A stretch of 64,000 nt of DNA from Eubacteriales bacterium (GTDB taxonomy: Bacteria > Bacillota > Clostridia > Oscillospirales > CAG-272), in NCBI GenBank assembly GCA_045657165.1, contig JAZOSP010000067.1, positions 3,268 through 67,267 of the forward strand, read 5' to 3'. The stretch's first letter is position 1. Each line of letters starts with the position of its first letter. This document shows positions 16,133 to 23,363 of the stretch, piece after piece. The notes below the pieces were generated by a model. That model did not search any database and had not been told where the DNA came from. It saw only the letters and a program-made list of their open reading frames with translations. Made by a program: the position numbers and the translations under genes.

Positions 16133-16156
16133 GTTCAAGTCTTGTCACTCAGACCA
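16133..16156 (+). repeat. Right 24-bp direct repeat (attR-like core)
   Basis: Exact copy of 10538-10561. The sequence upstream of this copy does not complete a T-stem. Confidence 0.75.
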
Positions 16157-16244
16157 TATCGAGTGTTCATAATCCACTTGAGTTGTTGGCTCCCTTTATT
16201 TTTTGGAGTCAAGGTTTTATAGCTTAAAAGCTCAGTTTTTAAGC

Positions 16245-16287
16245 CGTATAAAAAGAGTAGCGGCGAGATTTCTCTCGCCGCTACTCT
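16245..16287 (-). terminator. Rho-independent terminator of the isomerase gene
   Basis: A perfect 15-bp stem (16254-16268 with 16273-16287) has a 4-nt loop. A TTTTT run follows on the minus strand. Confidence 0.8.
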
Positions 16288-16301
16288 TACTTCGTATAGC
16301 C

Positions 16302-17198
16302 TTATACCTCACCGTAAATGCGTTTCATATTGGCGAAGGATACACGAGTACCGTACTCGCACTCCTCCATACCCTCATACTCAAGATAAATATCTCCGTC
16401 GAAGGTAGACGTCTTTATCGTGCGCATAATATCCCAAATGTCGATATCGCCCTGGGCAAGTATTGAGCCGCGCAGGAAGCTGCCGTTTACCGAGCGGAAC
16501 CACGAATCCTCGCAGTTGAACTCCTCTGCTCCGCCGGGATCGCGGTGCGCTGGGCGAAGATAAAAGTCCTTCATATGTATTGTTTTAGCGAACTGTATCA
16601 TTTTCTTTGCGGCGATTTCTGGAATATCGTCAACGCAGGCGTAATTGCCCACGTCCAGCTGGTGACCGAAATTGTCGCGCTTGACACTTGTCAAAATCTG
16701 ACGGACCCTTTCCGAACCGTTTGCATGGAAGCCGTGATTTTCAAGAAGTACCGTCACGCCAAGCGGCTTTGCGTAATCGCAGATAGCCTCGTAGGTGCTG
16801 ACAATAAGCGGCATTTCCTCTTGGAATTTTTCCATAGTATTCTCAGACATGGGCCTCGCGAACGCGGCTGAGTCGACACGGATAGTAGGAATCTCCATAT
16901 CCGAAACTACGTCGATATGCTTTTTTACGCGTATCATAGCATTCTTATATGCCTCGTCGTCAAGCATAAGGAAGTTAGCATTGAGCGAATAGTTGCCGAT
17001 CGGAACGCCGCGCATTTTGCTCGCTTCTTTGAAATCCTTTTTCAGCTCCGGCGTTTCGGCAAGGTTAAAGCCGAACGGAACGAGCTCAACAACCTCAGCG
17101 CCCATATCGCATATCTTATCAAACGCAGCCATAGGAGAAAGCTCTCCCGTTCGAATTTTTCTTGATACGCCGTAAATTGATATACCAAATCTTCTCAT
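16302..17198 (-). CDS. Sugar-phosphate isomerase/epimerase (xylose-isomerase-like TIM barrel), 298 aa
   Basis: ORF track frame 16302..17216. I moved the start to ATG 17198 (MRRFGISIYG), which follows a GAAGGAGA RBS. VVELVPFGF...VTVLLENHGFHANG...HMKDF is typical of the AP-endonuclease-2/xylose-isomerase-like TIM family. Confidence 0.8.
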   Translation of the reverse strand: MRRFGISIYGVSRKIRTGELSPMAAFDKICDMGAEVVELVPFGFNLAETPELKKDFKEASKMRGVPIGNYSLNANFLMLDDEAYKNAMIRVKKHIDVVSDMEIPTIRVDSAAFARPMSENTMEKFQEEMPLIVSTYEAICDYAKPLGVTVLLENHGFHANGSERVRQILTSVKRDNFGHQLDVGNYACVDDIPEIAAKKMIQFAKTIHMKDFYLRPAHRDPGGAEEFNCEDSWFRSVNGSFLRGSILAQGDIDIWDIMRTIKTSTFDGDIYLEYEGMEECEYGTRVSFANMKRIYGEV

Positions 17199-17262
17199 TT
17201 TATTTCTCCTTCTCAAAAACCGCTATTTTGCAAATAATTATTTGCTTTTTAGCCCATTTTTA

Positions 17263-17300
17263 AAAGGCTGAATCAAGTTTTACAAATTGATTCAGCCTTT
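17263..17300 (-). terminator. Strong hairpin at the end of the long minus-strand gene string (possibly bidirectional terminator)
   Basis: A perfect 14-bp stem pairs AAAGGCTGAATCAA (17263-17276) with TTGATTCAGCCTTT (17287-17300). The T-run is good on the plus side (GTTTTTG) and only short on the minus side. Confidence 0.5.
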
Positions 17301-17311
17301 GTTTTTGTCAA

Positions 17312-20300
17312 TTACTCTGCGGAATCATTCGACGCCGCCTCTTCGATAGCCGTCTCAGCAAGCCCTACATAATAATCGTAAGCATCGCCGAAATCGCCAT
17401 CAAAGACGGTCGCATCGTTGCCTGTAAGATTTACAGCCTTGAGTTCTGCGAGACATTGCTCGACATCGGCAAGAGCTTCCTCGCCAATATTTTCATAGAG
17501 AATAAGCGCCATCTCAAGTGCTATCAGCTTGTTAGCCGCATCTGCCACTGTCGCGGAGTAGTCCTCGTCAAGGAATTCCGCAAGAGCCTGATAGTAAAGC
17601 CCCATCTCACCCTCGAAGTAATATAAGAAGATGAACTGAGCGTCTGCACTGAGCCCACGGAAGTGATTGAGCACGTCAAGCACCTTGTCCTTGTCGTAAA
17701 CGTCGACATCGGCATCAGTAGACCACATAAGTGCCCAAAGAAGGTCGTAATTCTTAAGAAGGAACTCATCGAGAGTCGATTCAAAGTAATAATCGTAAGC
17801 GCTCTGACCTGAGAGTATCGTGTTTAGTGCGCTCACGTAAACCGTACGGTAGTTGGATACCATATAGTCGTAGGTCCAATAAACGGTAGTGGAGGGATCG
17901 TCGTCAACCCAATCGGGATTGGTCCACTTGTCAAGCTCCTTGTTCGAGTAAAGCTCCTCGTAGAAGTAGATTTTCTTTATATTATCCGGAGCTTCCATGA
18001 TTTGGTTTACTACCATCTCAAGCTTCTCATATGCGCTGAAGAAGAGACTGTAGAAGTTATATCCACTCTGAATGAGCGTGTAGGAAAGGTCAAGTGCTAC
18101 AACCGCCTCTCTCATTTCCTCAAACTCATCTGCCCACTCTCCAAGGTCAACATCCGGCTCCTCGGGAATCTCGGGCCTGTCGGCATAGGGTGCGCCCAGC
18201 TCTACGTACTTATCGTATATGTAGCCGAGATACAGGTCGAACGCGTCCTTATCATCCTGACTCATCGCGTTGCCGCTACAAAGAGTCTCTATAAGCCCCA
18301 TCTTTTCGGTGAAGGTGGTGTACCAATCAACGTTTGTGAAGCGCTGTGCATACGCCTCGGTTGCAACCATAAGAGCGACGTAAAGTGCCTTTGCCTCCTC
18401 GCCCTCAAATTTGCTCTCGTAATACTCCTTGAGTATATCAGCGAACAAGGACGAGAAGCCCTCGTATTCACCCGAAGCATCGAAGGAATAAGGAGGAATG
18501 CTCATAGCATAATAAACGTTGATAGCGCCAAGGAAGTTGAACTGCTGAGTCGGGCTAAGGCTTATATAAAGCGCAAGCATTGCCTCAACGTCTTCGGAGT
18601 ATGCGGCGGAATTCTTATATGAATCGTCCTCATCATTATAGCGCTTATCGATTATCTCCATATACTTATCCATAAGAGCGTGATAAGTATCGTTTCCGAG
18701 CAGTCCGCCCGAGAAGTGGTAATAACCGCCCTCGGCAGTGCGAATGTACTCAAGTATTTTATCAAAGGTATAGAGCTCACCTTCGGTGCTTAGTCCGAGC
18801 ATTCCGTTAAGAGGAATACCGTAGAAGAGCGTCTTTATCATCTCGTTGCCGTTTTTAACTACATCGTCGGCAAGCTGACACGCCTTATAATAGCAGTAGA
18901 AGAACTGAGAGGTATCTGCAACCGCGTATTGGCTTATCATGTTAATCTGATCCATAGCCATTGCTACGTAGGTGAACAGCTCGTCAAGCTCGGCAGGAAG
19001 GCGTATGTTTGCAAGACTAATCAAGGACGCGGCGTCCTCTATACCGAAGTAATACTCGTAGAGGAAGTCAAAGGCATCATCCTCTGCTCTCCACATAGAA
19101 ACGTAATAGAAGAGCTCGGTGTAAACGTAATTATAATAATCGCTGTTTACGATACAGTCAAAGATGTCTGCCACCTCATCAGCGTAGGTATTAATACCCT
19201 CGGTCGCCCAGTCCTCGGGAACGAGATCCATAAGAGCATCGAGTTCGAGCATATACTCAAAGATATCGATAATCTCCGCGTAGAGCTCAGGGTCGAGAAT
19301 CGGCTGATCGCCAAACAGAACGTCGGGAATAATCTCCTCAGTCGCAAACGCCTCTGTAAGAGCAATCAAAATATCCGAGTATTCATAAACAGGTCTGTCA
19401 TACACCTTAAGACCGTCAATTGCCGCTTCAAGAGCCGCCTCGCTCTCACAGACAAAAGCGAACGAGCCGTACTCGTCAATTCTGAAGGCTGCGTCAAACT
19501 CAGCGAAATCCACATACCAAAGGTCGTATGCATAAACCATAGCCGCACGGGCAGTATTCATCGTGTCCGTACGTGAGATGAGCGCCTTCTCGGCAGGCGA
19601 CATATCAAGATATAGCTCCATCATATAAATTGCCGTGTCGCCCTGCGCCTTTGTTATGTCGGGAGTCTCCTCACCGGTAAAGTCGAGATTCTTAAAAAGA
19701 GAAGCGTTCTTTTTGAAGAGAGATATATCGGTGTAGGTTATTTCTATCTCATAGGAGTCACTTACACCGTCTCTGTACTCTACGTAAATTGTTTGCTCAA
19801 GAGGGGTGGTTCTATGCGCCTCCGTTGCTGCCGTAAGATCAAAGCCCTCGGTCATATCTGCGGTAATCTCAACCACCTTTTCAAGCTTGCCGCCATTACC
19901 CTTAAGGGTAAACTTGCCGCCCGCAACGTTAATTTCGGTGTCGTGGCTGTTGTACGCAACCTTGTTCGGGCTCGTGAAGTCGACGCTCTCTATTTCATGA
20001 ACGTTTACGTCAAAGCTTGCGCTGTAATTATCACTGCCGTTAACATAGGTGGCGGTAAGGGTCTTTTTTCCTGTCGTATCGGAATTAAAGCCTGTAATAG
20101 AAACCTTATCGCTGCCAAAAATCACAGTGTAGTTGCTACCGTCATCTCTGGTTATCTTGACACGGCCGACGCTAAGATCAAGCGAGTCGCCCTCAAGATA
20201 ATCGGTCGCGTAATCAATCACCTGCATTCTGGGAACGACGGTGACGGTAAGCTCGACGGTCTTTCCCCCGTATGTAAGAGTTACCTGCTGCTCTCCCGCC

Positions 20301-20545
20301 TTATCCTTATCATAGCCGGAAACGCTGACTCCTTCGTCATCCATCTCGAGCTCTCTTACTCCGTCGCCCTCTTTTACAAGAAGCACACCGCCCGAGAGAT
20401 CAAGCTCTTGACCGAGCACATATACCTGCTGAGGCATAGTGTCCTCTTTGAGAGAAAGCTCAATTTCGGGACCGCACGAAGCTAATCCAAGAGCCAAAGC
20501 GGCTGACAGGAGCATCAAAAACAAAAAGCTGCTTAATTTTTTCAT
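17312..20545 (-). CDS. Large lipoprotein, 1077 aa: N-terminal Ig-like repeats plus an unassigned acidic/aromatic helical region
   Basis: ORF track. The signal peptide and lipobox read MKKLSSFLFLMLLSAALALGLASC. About three Ig-like modules end in ...VTLTYGGKTVELTVTVV-type strands. I recognise no family for the remaining ~750 aa, which is rich in D, E, Y, A and L. Confidence 0.8.
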   Translation of the reverse strand: MKKLSSFLFLMLLSAALALGLASCGPEIELSLKEDTMPQQVYVLGQELDLSGGVLLVKEGDGVRELEMDDEGVSVSGYDKDKAGEQQVTLTYGGKTVELTVTVVPRMQVIDYATDYLEGDSLDLSVGRVKITRDDGSNYTVIFGSDKVSITGFNSDTTGKKTLTATYVNGSDNYSASFDVNVHEIESVDFTSPNKVAYNSHDTEINVAGGKFTLKGNGGKLEKVVEITADMTEGFDLTAATEAHRTTPLEQTIYVEYRDGVSDSYEIEITYTDISLFKKNASLFKNLDFTGEETPDITKAQGDTAIYMMELYLDMSPAEKALISRTDTMNTARAAMVYAYDLWYVDFAEFDAAFRIDEYGSFAFVCESEAALEAAIDGLKVYDRPVYEYSDILIALTEAFATEEIIPDVLFGDQPILDPELYAEIIDIFEYMLELDALMDLVPEDWATEGINTYADEVADIFDCIVNSDYYNYVYTELFYYVSMWRAEDDAFDFLYEYYFGIEDAASLISLANIRLPAELDELFTYVAMAMDQINMISQYAVADTSQFFYCYYKACQLADDVVKNGNEMIKTLFYGIPLNGMLGLSTEGELYTFDKILEYIRTAEGGYYHFSGGLLGNDTYHALMDKYMEIIDKRYNDEDDSYKNSAAYSEDVEAMLALYISLSPTQQFNFLGAINVYYAMSIPPYSFDASGEYEGFSSLFADILKEYYESKFEGEEAKALYVALMVATEAYAQRFTNVDWYTTFTEKMGLIETLCSGNAMSQDDKDAFDLYLGYIYDKYVELGAPYADRPEIPEEPDVDLGEWADEFEEMREAVVALDLSYTLIQSGYNFYSLFFSAYEKLEMVVNQIMEAPDNIKKIYFYEELYSNKELDKWTNPDWVDDDPSTTVYWTYDYMVSNYRTVYVSALNTILSGQSAYDYYFESTLDEFLLKNYDLLWALMWSTDADVDVYDKDKVLDVLNHFRGLSADAQFIFLYYFEGEMGLYYQALAEFLDEDYSATVADAANKLIALEMALILYENIGEEALADVEQCLAELKAVNLTGNDATVFDGDFGDAYDYYVGLAETAIEEAASNDSAE

Positions 20546-20569
20546 TTTTTTAATTCTCCAATCATTAAT

Positions 20570-23326
20570 TTATTCCTCGGTCCAAATGGCGTAAAGCTTT
20601 CTGCCATCCTCAGCCTCGGAAAGATTTTCAGACGTGTAAAGCGCCGTTGTGGTGGTTGAGTTAGAGCCCCAACCATCAAATGTGTATCCCTCTCTTATCG
20701 GATCGGAAAGAGAGTTCGACGAATTAAGATTTTTTATATCTGCTTTCTCTATGTAAAGCACATAATCGTTATCCTCGGAAAGCGTGCAGCCGAATACCAC
20801 GGGGCGATAGGAGGAGTTCCAATACTTATCCCATCCCTCGGGCGCCGCATCAAGGTCAGTATAGACCGTAAGAGACGAGCAGCCGTAAAAGGCATGCTTC
20901 TCGATAATTTCTATCTCGCTTCCCAAAACCACAGAGGTAAGCCCCTTGCAGTTTCTGAATGCCTGCTTGCCTATAGATGACACAGAGGCAGGAATAATGA
21001 GAGTGTCAAGCTCCATGCAGCCGTAGAAGGCGTAGCTACCGACGCTCTCAACGCTTGCACCGATTTTAAGCGACGAGAGAGCCTCGCACTTGTAAAAGGC
21101 GTGATTCCCTATAGTCTTGGTGCTGTCGGGAATGACCACCGATACAAGCTTTTCACATTTGTAAAACGCCTTGTCGCCTATAGTCTCGACAGAAGAACCG
21201 ATTACGAGCTCGACAAGACCGGAGCACTTATAAAATGCCTTCTCGCCTATCGTTTCAACACCGTCGCCTATGTCGACGCGTACGAGAGACGCAAAGCCGT
21301 AAAACGCATTGCTTCCGATTGATTTTACGTTGTCGCCAATAATTAATGAATCAACACCGTGAATCACGGTTTCCAGCTCAACCTTTTCCTGATAGCCGCA
21401 ACCGTAGAAGGCAAAATCTCCGATTGACTCAACACTCGCGGGAATTGTGAATACGTCGCTTGCCGTATCGTCTTCCGCAGAAACGGCGTTGGTTGCGCAC
21501 TTATAAAATGCCGAGCGCCCTATGCTACGAAGCGCAGGGGGGAGAGCAAAAAGCTTAAGGCTCGAGCAACGGTAGAAGGTATAGTCCTCAATAACCTCAA
21601 GTGTGTCGGGAAGCGCTATCCGCTTAAGCCCCGAGCAATCGTAGAATGCCGCACGTCCTATGATTTTTACCGACGATGGAAGCTCTATACTCTCTAAGGT
21701 CGCGCAATTATAAAATGCATAGTTTGCTACGCCAACCGTGCCCTCGGCTATCTCGATTTCGGTATTCAGCGTTTCGAGATATCCTACTACCCAATTACCT
21801 GCGTAAACTACTCCGTCCTCGGAGGAATTGCCAAGCCCCGAGTCCTTGAACGCATAGGAGCCTACCGTCTTTACCGATTCGGGAATCTCAATGCTCTCAA
21901 GCATTGCACACTCTTGGAAGGCATTGTTGCCTATAGTCTTAAGACTGCTGAATTCAATCTTTGCGTCGACCGAATCAAACGAGCCGAGAATAACTACGGA
22001 AAGGTCAGTGCAAGCGATAAACGCCTGCTCGCCTATTTTCTCAACACCGCTTCCGATAACGATGTTGTTTATTTTCGATTTTGCAAAGGCTGCGTCTCCG
22101 ATAATTTTAACACTGTCAGGGAGTCTTACGGAAAACAGCTTGCTGTTATTAACAAGCGCAAAGCTTGCTATTCCTATCGTATCGGCTCTCAGCACAAGCT
22201 CCGTGGCAGTGCTGTCCTTGAGTCCGACAAACCATTTGCCAACGTAAACCTCGTTTTCGGTGGGGTTAAGCTCCCAAATTCCGGTGCTATGGAATGCACC
22301 CATACCGATAGCCTCAATTCCCGAGCCCAGGGTTATGTCAACGAGAGCCTCGCACTCATAAAACGCGCCCTCTCCGACCGTCTTAACACTGTCGGGAATG
22401 ACAATCTCGGTTATTTCGGGATTCGCTGAAAAGGCGTAATCGCCGATAACCTCAATGCCGTTTGAAAATACGACCTCGGCAAGCTTTTCGCATTTTGCGA
22501 AGGCGTACTGATCAATGGATAAAAGGCTCGCGGGAAGCTCAAGTGAGGTGAGCGACTTGCAGTCGGTAAACGCCATGCTTCCGATAGACTCAAGGCGGCT
22601 TCCAAAGCTAACCGACGAGAGCTCTCCGCAATATGCGAATGCATTTGCGGGTATCTCGGTCAGCCCCTCGGGGAAGACAACCTCACCCGAGAGCAGACGG
22701 CAGCTTGCAAATGCGTTAACGCCAAGCGAAGTGAGCCCCGAGGGAAGTGTAACCTCCGTAAGATAAGAGCAGTTCGCGAAAGCGTATTGACCGATATTTT
22801 TAACGTTCTTGCCAAAGGTTATGCCGGTAACGTCGCTTTTGTTAAAGAAGGCCTTGTTGCCGATAGAGGTAACGGGAAGTCCTCGATAGGTGTCGGGGAT
22901 GACTATGCTTCCCGTAGCAATTCCCTTGCCTGTTACCTCATACGCGGTTCCGCCATCGATAAGAGTAAATACCATGCCGGGCTCGCGCTCTCTTATGAAG
23001 GTTATTTCCTCAGACCATGCGGAATCGTTACTTACGTCAGTCTTTCCGTTTGCCTTGACCTTTATTTTGTAAGTGCCCTCGGCAAGATGGGAAAGAGAAT
23101 ATGTGTTTTTACTTGCTATGTATTCCTCGGCTTCATCGCCGTCCATCTGAATACTGATTGTGTAAAGACGTGCGTCCTTGACCTCATTCCATTTGAGGGT
23201 GAGAGTCGTCATCTCGACGGTGGGCTTGCCCGTGTTTGTAAGGTCGGGAAAACTCTCGCACGAGGTTATCATAAGCAAGCAACAAATTATAAAACTTAAA
23301 ACGATGAAGAAACGAGTTTTTTTCAT
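20570..23326 (-). CDS. BspA-type leucine-rich-repeat lipoprotein, 918 aa
   Basis: ORF track. Lipobox LMITSC, an N-terminal Fn3-like module, and many ~23-aa repeats of the form VxIPxSVxxIGxxAFxxCxxL (LRR_5/BspA type). The C-terminal Listeria/Bacteroides repeat reads GYTFDGWGSN...LYAIW. Confidence 0.85.
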   Translation of the reverse strand: MKKTRFFIVLSFIICCLLMITSCESFPDLTNTGKPTVEMTTLTLKWNEVKDARLYTISIQMDGDEAEEYIASKNTYSLSHLAEGTYKIKVKANGKTDVSNDSAWSEEITFIREREPGMVFTLIDGGTAYEVTGKGIATGSIVIPDTYRGLPVTSIGNKAFFNKSDVTGITFGKNVKNIGQYAFANCSYLTEVTLPSGLTSLGVNAFASCRLLSGEVVFPEGLTEIPANAFAYCGELSSVSFGSRLESIGSMAFTDCKSLTSLELPASLLSIDQYAFAKCEKLAEVVFSNGIEVIGDYAFSANPEITEIVIPDSVKTVGEGAFYECEALVDITLGSGIEAIGMGAFHSTGIWELNPTENEVYVGKWFVGLKDSTATELVLRADTIGIASFALVNNSKLFSVRLPDSVKIIGDAAFAKSKINNIVIGSGVEKIGEQAFIACTDLSVVILGSFDSVDAKIEFSSLKTIGNNAFQECAMLESIEIPESVKTVGSYAFKDSGLGNSSEDGVVYAGNWVVGYLETLNTEIEIAEGTVGVANYAFYNCATLESIELPSSVKIIGRAAFYDCSGLKRIALPDTLEVIEDYTFYRCSSLKLFALPPALRSIGRSAFYKCATNAVSAEDDTASDVFTIPASVESIGDFAFYGCGYQEKVELETVIHGVDSLIIGDNVKSIGSNAFYGFASLVRVDIGDGVETIGEKAFYKCSGLVELVIGSSVETIGDKAFYKCEKLVSVVIPDSTKTIGNHAFYKCEALSSLKIGASVESVGSYAFYGCMELDTLIIPASVSSIGKQAFRNCKGLTSVVLGSEIEIIEKHAFYGCSSLTVYTDLDAAPEGWDKYWNSSYRPVVFGCTLSEDNDYVLYIEKADIKNLNSSNSLSDPIREGYTFDGWGSNSTTTTALYTSENLSEAEDGRKLYAIWTEE

Positions 23327-23363
23327 CTGCCGCTCCTTTCAGGTTGCTTCAAAATACGATTCA

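Larger units (their letters stand above)
10538..16156. mobile_element. Putative integrative (mobilizable) element, ~5.6 kb, bounded by 24-bp direct repeats
   Basis: Exact 24-bp direct repeats lie at both ends. A tyrosine integrase gene sits next to the left repeat, and the element also has Rep-like and serine-recombinase genes. Its composition is intermediate between the AT-rich left block and the GC-richer right block. The right-flank chromosome resumes with a terminator and core genes. Confidence 0.7.
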
